A stretch of DNA of 64,000 nucleotides from Camelus dromedarius (GCF_036321535.1 NC_087437.1:80912001-80976000); one strand, 5' to 3'; positions 1-13,253 are shown, counted from the stretch's first letter. Translations and numbers: made by a program. The notes: a model not told the origin generated them from the sequence alone.

Positions 1-424
1 ATCCTTCAATATTAAGCCTAATATTTGTGTTTCTTGATTTATTTACTTCTAATCTGTAGAGTATTTCTTAGCAAGATGACTTTTTGGCATCTAAAAATCA
101 CTTCTCAGGTTTTTGTGCCCCACATTTCTGATGTCTAGGAGCCTTTACAGTGCAGTTGTTTATAAATGTGTTATTACCTATATCACCTTAAGGACCTTTA
201 AATCTGTGTTGCTAAGATGCTAGTCAAATTCTGCATCAGAGAAGGAAGAAGCTTGCTTTAAGAGGTAGTGATTATTATCTAACCATGTGCTCTGGTCCTT
301 CATTTATGGGGATGAAGCTGTACCCTTAGCCACTGAAAGCCTTTTTAGAACAATTGGCTGGATGGAGCCCCTTACAGGCACACTCCCTTCCTTGTTCTTT
401 CCAGGCTCAGAGATGTGTATGAAA

Positions 425-575
425 TATTTGGAGTTGAAATAGTTGAGTTCAAATCTCTGCTACTACCTAACTGGGTAGTTTTGGCTGAATCACTTAACTC
501 TCTGAATGCCTTTGTCCTCATTTCTAAAGTAGAGGTAAAATATCGCCCTGCCTATCTCACAGGGTTGCTGCTGTG
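425..575 (+). mobile_element. MIR SINE fragment
   Basis: Degenerate MIR core: gagttcaaatctctgctactacc...tcacttaactctctgaatgcc...tcctcatttctaaagt...cctatctcacagggttg. Confidence 0.7.
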
Positions 576-989
576 AAGGCAAAAAGGTAATGTGAGGGTT
601 TAAATAAGAGCATGATGTCAAACCCTGATACCCAATGCAAGTACAAACTCAAGCTGGGGTTAAAATGAAGCCCAGCAGTCAGCGTGTAACCACAGCCCAC
701 AAGGATGGACAGTTGACTTTGGGGCCTTCAAACCAGTTTAGTCAGTTGGACCAACTGGCTTTGCCAGTCGAAGTTTACAAATTCACTAGAGTAGACTATT
801 AAGTTCCTCCACTGATCAAATCAACAAATACATGTTTGATGTGAACTATGTGCGCGACACTGGGCTTGTGTTGTAGAAGAGCTAAAGAAGCTCTCTGCCC
901 ATAAGAGCTGCCTGTTCAGAAGGTAAAGGTATCAGCCAAGTGTAGCAGGAAAACAGAAAGCACGTTAGGTTCCCAGCAGAGGGATTTAT

Positions 990-1505
990 GTGTTTAAATT
1001 TTTACTTTGAAGCAGTCGTAAACTTTCATCATCTTGTCACTTTTGAAGATTATAGGCCATTTATTTTGTAGAATATGTCTGAATTTGGCTTTGATGTTTC
1101 CTCATGATTAGATTCAGGCTACACGTTTGGTGAGAAAACACAGGAGTGATGCTGTGTTCTTCTGAGTCCAAGCAGGTGGCACACATTTTTGATTTTTCCT
1201 GTTATTGATCATGTTCACTTTGATCACTTTCTTACATGTCTGTCAGACTTCTCTACCATAAAGCTAATCATTTCCCCTTTGTAGCTACAAAGTATTTGAG
1301 GAGATCACTTACTTTGGAACTAGGTAAGTACCCTGTTTCACATCAAACTTTAATTAATCCATTTATATCAATATAAAATCTTGGTTTCATAATTTGTTCA
1401 ATGAATTATAATGTTATCATTATTTTGATGTTCAGATTGTCCCTAATTTAGCCAGAGGGAGCTCCTTCATGCTGACTTCTGTGTCCTTTGGGCATGTCCC
1501 CTTCA
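990..1505 (-). mobile_element. Old LINE-1 3' region fragment (L1MC-like)
   Basis: ttattttgtagaatatg...tttcctcatgattagattcagg...gatgttcagattgtccctaatttagccag resembles the recalled L1MC4/5 3' consensus. Confidence 0.7.
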
Positions 1506-2934
1506 GTCAGACCTGAGAGCCAGCTCTCTTTGTGATGTGTTCAGGCCTGGCCTCTGCAGCAGGTCAAAGGCTGGGAGCAGGGATTCCGCATGTCGTTTGA
1601 CTTCCCTCCTTCACGAGCAAGCATGGACTCCGGCTTTGGGCCTCAGGTTTATGGAAGTCTGGTGTTGGCTCAGCACTTGGATGGAGGAGCAAAATGATAT
1701 ATAAACAATATGCTGCTTGTATGACAGTCAAAATGCTACCCTCTGTTCATGGGACAATATTCCTGTGCTCCTGCATAGAGAAAAAGAAAAACAGTGTTGT
1801 TATTATGGTTTGGTAGTTTATTTGAGTATTTTGCTGTAAAATGTCACCTGCTAAGGCTGAGTAAAGGTCAGCTTTTAGGTTTAGGTTTATATTGACCAAG
1901 TTTCTCACACATCCTATGTTGAGGATTAATTATATACATTCCAGAAGGTTACTCGTCAAATACTGGAGATTAACATCACAGACCTTAGGAGATAGTGTAC
2001 AACGGAAGGTATGCAATGTTGCATCACGTGGCAGACACAGTACAGTTCTAAAGAGTGGACCCAGAAATCCCCAGGGGATTGAACTTTATGGAGTTTGGCC
2101 TCAGTATTGAATATATTGCTGACACATGCTATGTGTTATTTCATGCTTGTAATTATATGTAATTTGCTACACAATGCTTTGTTGGTATTAACCTGACAAG
2201 TTTTGGCCTATGGGGATTTGAGATGACATAGAACTTTTCCCTCCAGGTACTCGGATGTGAAACGTGTCACTGATGTTAGGAAAGGTGACAGGACAAAGGC
2301 TTGGGGGTCTTGAACTAAGAAATAAGAAGTGGGGCCTAGAGCTTTAAAAAAAACTATTTACGTTCATGACCATTTACATAAACCAACTTAATGGGCTCCC
2401 TGTAATTAATAATGACTATTCTATTTTCTTTGTGAAAGTAGGAATTGATTTTCAGATGCTGTCATTCTGCATATTTATTATTCAAGTGAAAATATTTTGT
2501 TTTCTTTTTCTTTCTGCCTAGAGTATCCTTGCCCTTCTTTCTTTTTTGAACCCTCCACCCCATTGATCATGATCTCACATGTCAGGTGGGTGAATGGGGA
2601 ACATCGTCAGCTTTCTGAGTTCACAGATTGTATCAGCAGGGATCGGTACAGTAACATCAAATGCCCTGGTGCTGTTTGTCTCACATGGTACCTGAACCCC
2701 AGGAGGAGTATGAGCCTCAGGGTACATGTGTCATCTCTTGTTGGAGTGCCAAGTTTACTAAGATGTTTGGGAAATAACACAGTTTTTATATTAAAACATT
2801 CAGATTTATTACAGAGTAGAATATGTAATCTTCATGAGTCAAAAATATAGGACGTAATTGTGCCTGGCTGCCTTTTTTCAAGATGTAACCAAAAAATTAT
2901 AATATTTAGAGTGTAAACTTTGGACACTTAAAAC

Positions 2935-3090
2935 CCTGCTAAACCTTGGACAAGTTACTTAACCTCTTTTCTTTTCTGTTTCCTCTTCTATAAAATGGGG
3001 CTGATAGTCATGGGTAACTTACAGTTGGTAGAAAATTAAAGGTGCTTAGATTAATGTCTGGCACATAGTAAACACACAGATTTTAGCTGT
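2935..3090 (+). mobile_element. MIR SINE fragment
   Basis: ccttggacaagttacttaacctct...ctgtttcctcttctataaaatgggg...gtgcttaga...tggcacatagtaa. Confidence 0.8.
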
Positions 3091-4200
3091 GCTGCTGCTG
3101 GTGGTGATATGATCAGAGCATCAGAGGTAAAAATGAATGCTTCTCAGTCCCTAGGGGTGGATGTGCAGCACTGCTCTTGAGAAATTAAGTCCACCTCTGC
3201 CTTCGCCTTTATGGGTCTGGTGTTCAGAACCTGCTGAGCAATTAGCCCCAAGCACAGCTGTGAAGGGACAGTTGCCCTTGGATTCAGTGCTGCTTCCTGC
3301 ATGGTACATAGTCTCTGGGCCACTAGGAGTTATACATTATGACAAAGAGAGAAACTTGGACCGGAAGGCTGGATTGGTCTTTGGGTGGGGCAAGGATGAA
3401 GAGTCAAAGGCTTTAGCATGAGTCTACAGGTGGTTCAGCTTCCTTAAGAGCAGCATATGAGACTGAGGTCAAAGGATTAGATCAGGATGAGAGACACGAG
3501 GCACACATCCTGTTACTTTCCTCTCCTGTGGCCGTTACAGACCCTACTAGCAGATCACCACACTTTTCCCAACAGAGCCCAAGTGTGGCTTCAGAATCCT
3601 TCTCAATATGATGTGCCAGGTAGACATTACTAAATGATGACCACTTGATAAGTTTGGGGGTTTTTTGTGTGTGTGTGTGAGTGGTTCTTGAGAAATTCCA
3701 GGAATTTTAGACACTATTAGTAAGGAAATTTAGCAACAGAAGTAGCCTCAATAACTCAACTGCTTGAATGAGAGGTCTTCCATGACTCAACATATTTTAA
3801 TCTCTATTTCTTCCAAACAACTGTTTTAATTCAGCTTTGAGGATGAAAAGAAGTAAGATAAAACTAATGCATATGGAAGCTGGAGTGACAGATACCAATG
3901 TCCTAACTTTCCCACTATATTTGCATTTTAAGAAGAGTTAATAAAAATGAGTGGATGTTACGCTGGAACTCCATCCAGTGTGTTTTTTCATAAACTTCTG
4001 CCTGATTCTGTCTGGTTGGTATTTTCACAGTCACTCACATCACTGCCAACAGAGGCTCAAGGGAGGAAAGCTCAGATCACGGGTGAGAAGGGTAAGGTCA
4101 CATCCCTGTGGTCAGTGGGTGGAGCACAAACATGAAATGTTTTTACTTTTTTCCAGTCATTTCCACCAGCTTCATTAGATTGAATCTCCCTTCCCTGCTG

Positions 4201-4787
4201 TGTAGTAAAGAATTTAATTTTGCTCAGAGAGAGGTCTGGCCTTTGCCCTTGACTCCTGGGAGGTAATCTCTAAGCCCTTGAAATATTCTGCCTAATAAAA
4301 GTGTCTTTGTTCATCTGGGGACCTTGGGCCACACCAGATAACCTAACAATGTGATCTGTGGTGGGGATTTTGTGTCAGGTGGTATCAGCCCACTCTCTAG
4401 AGTGGCTGGAGAGCAGGTCAGCCAGGTGAGCCTCAATAAAGACTGGATGCCAGAATTTGGGTGAGTTTTCCTGGTTGGTGCTACTCAATGTGTATTGTCA
4501 TACAGTAGTGCTGGGAAAGGTAACACTGTGGATGCACTGGAGGGGAAGACTGGAAGCTCTGTGTGTAGAACTTTCCTGAACTCTGCCCCAGGCTTCTCTT
4601 CACTTCGCTCTTTTAATCTGTATTGCTGCATTGCAACAAAACGAAACCATGTACCTAACAGCTTTCAGTGAGTTTCATGAGTCCTTCTAGTGAATTATCG
4701 AATCTGGGGGTGGTCTTGGGGACCCCTGAACTCTGCAGTTGGTACCAGAAGTGAGGATAGTTTTGGGGACTATTCCCTAACCTTGAA
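4201..4787 (+). mobile_element. ERVL-class solo LTR (MER77/MER21 group)
   Basis: Begins tgtagtaaagaatttaa...agagaggtctggcctttgccc and ends gtgaggatagttttggggactattccctaaccttg, matching recalled MER77-type termini. Confidence 0.75.
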
Positions 4788-5819
4788 CCCACTAAGTGGC
4801 AGTTTCCTTCATGATACATTGGATAGATTCATTAACTTTTCAGATCCTTTGGTTACTGAGAATCTGTCAAATTTAAAGTTCTAATTTTAAAGTTTCAAAC
4901 TCTCCCATCACTAGCCAGATTTGTGCTGGAGGAACTTGAGGTGAGGCGGGTCTTGGTCTTTTCTCCTAGTCCTGCACGCCTGTTCTTCTGGGACGCTGCC
5001 TTTTCTCCTTCTGACTCTCTAGCTCCTCAGGTAGATTGGGACCCTGATAAAAGAGAAGTCAAGGGACAAATGTCACACTGTGTTGGCTGTCCCTGCCTTT
5101 CCAGCTGACCCTGGGCAAATGCTGATACCTTCTATGGGGCAGGTGTTGCAGATGCTAGTTCTATTTTCAAGAGGATTCCCAGTTCTGCTTTTAACATGAG
5201 TTAAATATCATCCCAAACTATGCTGTGTTTTTAAAACTGAATACAAATCAGGAAGCCATCTGGAAAAAGTGTTTCTATAACCTGCTATTAACTCTCTTCA
5301 GAAGGCCAGACATCCTCCTGCGGAAGTGAAAAATCCAAGTAGTACAAATGAAAGGTACTCTCAGGCCTGAGAGTATCCTGAGCTCCTGTGAGAGCAACTG
5401 TGGACCTTCATTTTAGTTCCTATATTTAGCCTTCTGCACACAGGAGGTGCCAAATAAATGTCACTAACTGACTGCCGGAAGGACTAGGAGAGAAATTGGA
5501 GGTACTTGATGGTGTCAAACTTTAAAGTGGGAAAAAGCTATTCCATCCCATTTGGACAGTTTAGGGCAGCAGTAGGCTTGTGTACCTAAAGTATTACGTT
5601 TGTGTACAGCTCTCATATTTTCTTGCTGGGTGATTTTAGATAAGTTAACTATTTTGAGCTTCATCTCAATCTCTGGTGAAATAAGAGAATACAAGAACCT
5701 GATGTTTATTATGGAGGGATCCAATAATCTAATGGTGTATGTGGAAGTGTATTTTGCAACGTGCCATTCAAATTTTCCTTCCAGTATAATCTTAGATAGC
5801 TTTCAGGGCAAGTGTGAGG

Positions 5820-5895
5820 GCGGCTTGACAGGGAGGAGCAGGGCGGAGGAGGCAGAGTCAGGCCCAAGGCCTAGGGCGCCCCCCCGTCCCTCATC
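5820..5895. promoter_or_regulatory. Small GC-rich patch with GC-box (possible regulatory element)
   Basis: gggcggagg Sp/KLF-type motif and 4 CpGs in ~75 nt within a CpG-poor window; too short to be a CpG island. Confidence 0.2.
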
Positions 5896-5974
5896 TCAGT
5901 CTCCAGAGTGTAAGCTGAGACTCTGCTCTTTCTGTCTGTGTGACCCTGGGGGTGGTTTCATATATTTTCATAGT

Positions 5975-6140
5975 ACATTCTGGACACCATCTGCCTCAGA
6001 ACCACCTGGGGTGATTGTTAGACACCCTCCTGCAGGCAGATCCCTGGCCCTCCCATCTGGATCCACTGCAACAATCTGACGCTGGAGTCAACGCACCTAA
6101 GTGAGTCTGATGCACATTCAAGTTTGAGACCTGCTGCCTT
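5975..6140 (+). mobile_element. MER5-family hAT-Charlie MITE
   Basis: tcagaaccacctgggg...gtgagtctgatgcacattcaagtttgagacctgctg. Confidence 0.65.
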
Positions 6141-6978
6141 AAGCTCTTTGAGACTCAAGGTCTTCGCCCATGGAAGAGCATGTTTTATTAGATATTCTCA
6201 GGTCCCCTGGAGGGCACCAGAAGAATAAAGTTCACTTATTTCTTCATGATTTCAGAACTGTCATATTTTTGCCCTCAACCAAGATATCAGCTTATTCATT
6301 TTAAAGATTAAATGTATAGGTCCAGGGTGGAAAGTAATCAATGAATGGAAATAACACTTATTTTCTGGAATGATTTCTACTATTTTAGAAATGGAAATAT
6401 TCACTATTTTTGGCTCCAGCCAAAAGGTTCATCTGCTGATGAATTAATCTGCAATGCAAGGCACAAGATGTAACTAACAGAATCAGCAGACATGCAGAAA
6501 AGGCCGTCTCGTGGTTCGGTCTGTTGGAAGGAACCCTCAGACATCGTGGAGCAGCACAAGTGTACTTAGGACAGAAAGGAGCACGTAGGGGACGGCTGAC
6601 AGCAGACCAGGGACTGTCTGAATGCAGTGGAAGGAAACCGGATCCCCGCAAATGCTCTGCTTCAGCCTGTGGAATCGTTCTTTTCTCATTATCATCACCA
6701 GATGATAGTTAGGTCTTCCTTGGCCCCGGAGGCGGAGCTGGAGCTTACACTCACGGAGTGATCAATTTTCCTGAGGCAAATTCCTGTGCTGCCAGAAACA
6801 AGGGACAGTTTCCAGATGACTGATGCTCTCTCCTCTACAAAGCCCAGTTTTCCTCGTATGATGACCATATGTCCTGGATTTTCTAGCCAAGACTCAATTT
6901 CATGTAATTTTATTCTTTTCATTAAAATGATTAAATCTCTAATGAAATCTGACATAATTGATCCTCATTTATAAGACC

Positions 6979-6979
6979 A

Positions 6980-7034
<55 letters not shown>

Positions 7035-7048
7035 AATATATATATAAC
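6979..7048. repeat. (TAAA)n microsatellite followed by short (TA)n
   Basis: About 14 perfect TAAA units read directly. Confidence 0.95.
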
Positions 7049-7251
7049 ATACATAAAGTCACAAATCAAAAAAAAAAGAGACTCTCCTTGTCAGATCAGA
7101 CTTTCCAAGTTTGGTTCAGAAATCACGGCCATCTGAAAGGTCAGGAAAAAGGCAGAAATACTCAGTGGTGCTAAAGTGGGTACGTAGAAGTCCTTAACAG
7201 TGAGCATATCAGATGGATACAGGATAGTACTGTCTGCAAAGATAGCATCGA

Positions 7252-7377
7252 TTTATTTTTATGTTTATTTTTAAATTATTTTTAATTGGAGTACAGTCAG
7301 TAACAATGTGTCAATCTCTGGTGTACAGCACAATGTCCCAGTCTTGCATAGACATGCACATATTTGTTTTCAAATTC
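7252..7377 (-). mobile_element. Very short young LINE-1 3' end
   Basis: T-rich tail then aattggagtacagtcag...ctggtgtacagcacaatgtcccagtc; same sequence family as the L1 end at 11198-11290. Confidence 0.85.
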
Positions 7378-7945
7378 CATCTCTGTAAGCATGTGTAAAT
7401 ACGGCTGCTCTTAGCTGGTGCTCTTCTAAAAGTGCTTTTGTTAGCAGAGTCCATTCTTTACAGCTGGGGAGCCACTCATGGTTAAAGTCATATTGGCAGA
7501 TCGATTTAAGAGATGTAATTGTCCTGGAATTTCAATGGAAATATGTCTCCTGGAATTTGTAAGTTCTACTTTTCACTAAAACTTGAAGTGTATTTACATA
7601 GAAACACTAGTAACTAAAATATAACTACAGGCTATAGCAGGAGTATTAACTTATGTGTGAGTTTTTCTTCCTTGTGGTATTATGTTCCCACATAGCCTAG
7701 ACTTCAAAAGTATGTCATTTTGAAAAATTTTCCAGTCTTTTCAATAACAGCACAGTGTTTACAAGAACCGTATTTATCTCCCTGTAATTTTATCAGCTAA
7801 TAGAACAGTTCTTGAGAAAGCTGATTATCTTTTCTATGACATTTGGATTGGTGTTTTGCCATTTTAATTTGAGCTTATATGTGGCATAAAAATTGATTAT
7901 GTGAAAAGGAGTGGGTTGCCATTGTATACCCAAATTGTGGTGCTA

Positions 7946-8011
7946 TAAATAAGAAAAATCTCAATTAAACAACCTAACCTACCACCTAAAAGAATTAGAA
8001 AAAGAACAAAA
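7946..8011 (+). mobile_element. Isolated internal L1 ORF2 fragment (~65 nt)
   Basis: gaaaaatctcaattaaacaacctaacctaccacctaaaagaattagaaaaagaacaa reads EKSQLNNLTYHLKELEKEQ, homologous to [20 protein letters not shown] in ORF 26979-27191. Confidence 0.8.
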
Positions 8012-9271
8012 TTTTGATTGTGAAAAAAAAAAGAGAGAGAGAAGAAAGTAGCGAGACATGCCCTACTACCATTGGAGTCCTTTTCACGGATCTGTCTTTG
8101 CCTCCCATCTGTTGCTTTCTCCTGCCATATTTATGACAAGACTGACCAGCTATTGTTGGTCTGAGTTCCTTTTATGCTCTTAGATCCTGGACAGCACACC
8201 AACTACTTTTCGTTTCTTCTTCTTTAGATCTAAACTGAGCAGTTGATAAAAGGTGAATCACTGGTTCCAGATGTCAGCTCTAATTCATTTTTAGTTCCTC
8301 TCCCTCTTGGTGCTCTTCAAGCTGTTGAATATTTTTCCCTTTTGCTGGGTTTTGTAGATGACTATGATCTCTGAACCAAAAATTGAAAAGTGTGATCTGA
8401 CAAGGGATGTCTTTTTTTGATTGGTGCATGGATGTATTTGAAATGTATTATAAATGGGGACAAACTATGTCCGATTTAGTTATCAATTTAATGAATTAAT
8501 TTTTTTTTTTTTGGTGCATGTTGGGTAAAAGGCCCATTCGATTCTTGAATTTCATAGGTCTGTGTGGAGGTGAGCCTTGGCTGTCCGCACGACCCTGGGC
8601 CCTGATGCCCTCCCTGCTGATGCTGTGCCACACCTGGGGCAGAGATACCTATGAGGCTGTCCAGGGTCTTTTCTCCTGCAGTTATTCCCTCTCTGGCCTC
8701 TGACCCCCTGCCAACCCCAGTGGCCTTACCAGGAAGCAGAAAGTAAGCTCCATTTTTCCTTTTCTTCCATCCCAATGCTAGAAGAATCCTTCTCACATCT
8801 AAGGGGCAGGGATGAGATTCTGCCTCCAAATTTTTGCCCAAGATATTGTGGCTGCACACCTAATCTTTTTCTCACCCTGGAATACAAAATCCAGAGAGGC
8901 TCACTCTCTACTTCTGTTTTCTGTGCTGCCAAAAATTTCCCTTGAGGCAGCCAGCTGGCTGGATGCTGAGATAGCAATGAGCTATGATAATCTCAGTATT
9001 TCAGAAGTCCCGCGCTGCGTTGCTGTGTGTGAGCTCTCTCTTTGTGTCTTCAAATTCCACTTCTGTCATTTTTCACAAGTGACTTTCCTCCCTCTGATAC
9101 ATACTCTAGAAACTAAGAATTAATCTGTAGTCCTGAGTGAGGCTTTCCTGAGGAATCTCCTTGCAAATGGAGTTTATTTACTGCTGACTGGTGTAAATCC
9201 TTCCAGACACCATTTTCTTCATTTTGGTCTTTTTTGTAGAACTTAAATTTTTGAAAGAAAATTAAAAACAA

Positions 9272-9723
9272 GTTTATGGGTTGAATCACGTCCCCCTCAC
9301 CTCCTGCCAAATATATGTTGAAGTCCTAACCCCCATACCTGAGAGTGTGACCTTATTTGAAAATAGGGCTGTTGCAAAGGTTAGCTGAGATCATATGGGA
9401 AGAGTGGGCCCCTAATTCAGTACAACTCGTGTCCTTATAAGAATACGGCCATGTGAAGACAGAGTCAGAGGGAGGATACCATGTGAGGACACAGGATTGG
9501 AGTGATGCATCTGTGTGTCAAGGGATCCCGAAGATGGCTGGCCAACCACCAGAAGCTAGGAAGAGGCCAAGAAGGATTCCCTGCAGGGTTGAGAGGCAGT
9601 GTGGCCCTGCTGCCTTCTTGGTTTCAGCTCATGGCCTCCAGCATGGTGAGAGGACACATTTCGGTTGTTTTAAGCTGCTCAGCTTGTGGTGCTTTGTTAT
9701 GGTGGTCCTAGGAAACTAAAGCA
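9272..9723 (+). mobile_element. MaLR solo LTR (MLT1C-like)
   Basis: atgggttgaat...tatgttgaagtcctaacccc...gtgaccttatttgaaaataggg...ccaccagaagctagg...tttgttatgg...ctaggaaactaa. Confidence 0.9.
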
Positions 9724-9769
9724 TGAACCATTGATTTAGAATGTAGATATTTTGGGGGTTTAAAAAAAA

Positions 9770-10160
9770 TCAAAGTTTAACACAGTAGTAAAGTACATAA
9801 AGTAAAAGTGCACACATGTTAAATCTATTGTTCAGGTTTTTAATATGTACATTTCAATAGTTTCTTCCATATACCTGTGCAAGTGTCATCCAGACCAATA
9901 GATAGAATATCTCCAGGACCCAAGAAGCCTCCCTTGGGCTGCTTCCTAATCCATCATTGTCTATGACGTCAAGAGATGACCGCTATTTTGACTTTTGATT
10001 TCCCTCAAAATATTCTCTATACATTCTACTTATTCTTGAGCTTTATGTCAACAGAATGATAAATATGTGCTCTTTGAGTCTGGCTTCTTCTGCTCAACAC
10101 AATGCCTGTGTGATTTATTCTTGTTGTGTGTGCGCCTACAGTTCATTGACTTTAGATTTA
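9770..10160 (-). mobile_element. Old LINE-1 3' fragment (L1ME-like)
   Basis: aaagtgcacacatgttaa...atagaatatctccaggacccaagaagcctccc...gtctggcttcttctgctcaacac. Confidence 0.65.
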
Positions 10161-10514
10161 AGAATAATATGGCTCTCCATATTACTTTGGACAGAAATGA
10201 ACTCCTTGGTTTTACAATGTTTTGTTTCTTCCATGAATTGATTTAATTTTATGATAGAGTTTAATGATCTGGAAATGACTGAAGCTGTCAGCATAAGAGA
10301 GTTGCAATGACTCTGATTTAAAAAAATTAAATAGACATACGTTTAACATCTGCCACTTGGTAGAATGAAAGTAGAAACTGTAAATGAATGGTGCAAGAAG
10401 AAATATAAATGTGAATTGCATGCATCGCCAAAAAAGCCCATGGGGAGACCTTGCTTAATTCTAGAAAAAATCAGGAGAAAAATAGAAATATTTTTTGGTT
10501 CAGAAGGCTTAGTA

Positions 10515-11180
10515 GATCCCCTGTGACCCAGCAGTTACACTTCTAGGAATTTATCTCAAGGAAATAACTAGGTGTGCAAAAAGTTTAGCTACAAGGATAT
10601 TATATTTACTGTTGCTAATGGGGAGAGGAGAGCGAGAGTGCAGGAACTGGTGGCAGGAATGAGCTAAACCCTCAGTAAACGAGGAAGGTTGGTTAAATAA
10701 ATTAAGGCACATGTGCAAGTCAAAACCACTTTATTGTTTTGTTCCCATCTCTCCTCAAATTTAGTGCATTTTCATTTAAGCTCAGCATGAAATATTTTAC
10801 AGTGCTTTGATGAACAGATACATACTGCTATATATAAAATAGATATATATGGCTTATAACAACCTAAAATGAAAAAGAATATATATGTATAACTGAATCA
10901 CTATGTTGTGCACCAGAAACTAACACACATTGTAAATCAACTATTATTCAATAAAAAAATTACCTATGTGTTTTAGAATGTTGCATGTATATATGTTTAT
11001 TGGTAAAGTTGTTATTAAACAATAGATATAGAATAATCTCATTTTTTATAATGATATTATGTAAATACAGAACAAAGACTGGGAAGCTAAATACCAACCT
11101 GTAAGTTAATAGCATTTACTTCTAAATGGTAGGATTATGGGTGACTTAAATTTTCTTCTTTGTACTTTTGGTTTCCCAAA
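10515..11180 (+). mobile_element. Old L1ME fragments interrupted by younger inserts
   Basis: tgacccagcagttacacttctaggaatttatc...ggttaaataaatta and later ggtaggattatgggtga...ttttcttctttgtactttt. Confidence 0.6.
10806..10959 (+). mobile_element. Short LINE-1 3' end
   Basis: aaaagaatatatatgtataactgaatcactatgttgtgcaccagaaactaacac...tcaataaaaaaa. Confidence 0.85.
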
Positions 11181-11188
11181 CTTGATAG

Positions 11189-12247
11189 TTTTTTTTTAAT
11201 TGAAGTACAGTCAGTTACAATATGTCGATTTCTGGTATACAACACAATGTCCCAGTCATGCATATACATACATATACTTGTTTTCATATTCTTTTTCATT
11301 ACAGGATATTGAACATAGTTCCCTGTGCTATACAGAAGAAACTTCTTTAAAAAATCAATTTTTATATGTAGTGGCTAACATTTGTAAATCTCAAACTCCT
11401 AAATTTATCCCCTCCCATCCCCTTTCCTTAGTAACCATAAGATTGTTTGCTATGTCTGTGAGTCTGTTTCTGTTTTGTAGATGAGTTCATAGTGTCCTTT
11501 TTTTTTTCTTTTTCTTTTTTCTTTTTTTAGATTCCACATATGAGTGATATCATATGGTATTTTTCTTCCTCTTTCTGGCTTACTTCACTTAGAATGATGA
11601 TCTCCAGTCCCATCCATGTTGCTGCAAATGGCATTATTTTGTTCTTTTTTATGGCCTAGTAGTATTCCATTGTATAAATATACCACAACTTCTTCATCCA
11701 GGCTTTTGTTGATGGACATTTAGGTTGTTTCCATGTTTTGGCTATTGTAAATAGTGCTACTATGAACATTGGGGTGCATGTATCTCTTTGAATTAGAGTT
11801 CCCTCTGGATCTATACCCAGAAGTGGGATTGCTAGATCATATGGTAAGTCTATTTTTAGTTTTTTGAGGAATTTCCATCCTGTTTTCCATAATGGCTGCA
11901 CCAAACTACATTCCCACCAACAGTGTAGGAGAGTTCTCTTTTCTTCACATCCTTTCCAGCATTTATTGTTCATGGACTTTAAAAAAAATTTTTTTTAATT
12001 AATCTTTTTTTGGGAGAGGTAATTAGGTTTATTCATCTACTTATTTAATGGAGGTACTGGGGCTTGAACCCAGGACCTTGTGCATGCTAGGCATGTGCTC
12101 TGCCACTGAACTACATCCTCTCCCCTGTTCATGAACTTTTTAGTGATGGCCATTCTGACTGGTGTGAGGTGATACCTCACTGTAGTTTTGATTTGTATTT
12201 CTCTGATAATTAATGATACTGAGCATTTTTCATGTGTCTATTGGCCG
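11189..12247 (-). mobile_element. 5'-truncated young LINE-1 (ORF2 C-terminus + 3'UTR) carrying a SINE
   Basis: ORF 11656-11973 encodes the L1 ORF2 Cys-rich end (HCWWEC...DTCTPMF...WKQPKCPS); poly-T at 11189; flanks ttgatagttt / ttgatatttt. Confidence 0.95.
11981..12125 (-). mobile_element. tRNA-derived SINE (camelid Vic-1 type)
   Basis: Reverse strand ggggagaggatgtagttcagtggcagagc...ggtcctgggttcaagccccagtacctcc (Pol III A and B boxes) plus A-rich tail; TSD tgttcatggacttt (11967) / tgttcatgaacttt (12126). Confidence 0.9.
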
Positions 12248-13213
12248 TTGATATTTTTGAAATAATAAAATTATTTCTTAAAAAAAAGAAAGAATTGGAA
12301 ATAACTACCTGTTTTAAGGCTGTATGCACTTTATAACAGATTTGATCTGAAAGCGTGATTTGTAATGAAGCTTTGGTTCATTAGAACATCCACCTGAGAT
12401 AACTTTAATGTGGCTCCCTTCTAGTGTATGTTATTTCATACAAGCAAAGCTTAACTTTCCTTTTTCTTGATTATGTTTTTTTGAATGTCTCAAGAAAAAT
12501 CCTACTTTTTAATTGTAAAAAAGTGCAATGTGTATTCAAGTTGAGTGTACCATATGAACCTCATGAATGAAAACGACTTTTTATTTTAATGTGATGTAAA
12601 GAACTGGATGGAAAGATCAATCCACATGACCCACCCCACTGCTCTGCCTGCTTCTGGAAAGAAGAGGCTGTCTCCATCTTGGAACTCGGGAATGAGTATA
12701 CTTACACTTACTACGGGGGAGGATACACTGAAGCGGGTAAGGAATTGGAAGAGGTATTTCTAGGCATTTCAGCTTTGAATAGTTCAAAGCTGGACCCCAG
12801 GCCATAATTTCAGAACAAGATTGAATGTGAAGAACAGAGACTACCAGGTCCTGTGGGAGCACAGGTGTCTGGGGCAGAAGCCTGGGGTCAAGGAATACAC
12901 AGACAATGGACCATGCGGATAACTCTTAATTTGAAATCTGGGTTGTGCATTGGCCCTTTGTCATCTCTAATGCTTCTTTTTTGTATCCTTTAAAAATATT
13001 TTGTATATCTCTCTTGTCTCTTAGAGACAGAAGCAGATGTCTGGTTTGGTAAGACTCTCAACATCTGGTGTTCACTACAGTCCTATGAAATTTATTGGTT
13101 TTGTTCTCTACTGCCCTCAAATTTAGTGTGTTTCCACTTAAGGTCAATTAGACCTCTTGTATCCATCATGTTAGTCTCTCAGGCCCTCTTTATCTCTGTC
13201 TCTATCTCTCTTT

Positions 13214-13253
13214 CACACACACACACACATGCACACACACATGCACGCATATA
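13214..13253. repeat. Imperfect (CA)n microsatellite
   Basis: Read directly. Confidence 0.9.

Noticed and set aside
1561..1573. Nuclear-receptor DR1-like aggtcaaagg sites (also ~3466 and ~58850)
   Set aside because: Imperfect second half-sites; isolated motifs are not supportable without conservation data.
5600..6079. Longest ORF (159 aa) as a gene
   Set aside because: Non-ATG start, no recognisable domain, runs through a GC patch and a MER5 element.
6385..7080. Retrocopy ending in the (TAAA)n and A tract
   Set aside because: No parent gene recognised and no TSD found.
12598..12810. Possible exon ending at cgg|gtaagg (~12737)
   Set aside because: No convincing acceptor upstream and no recognisable peptide.
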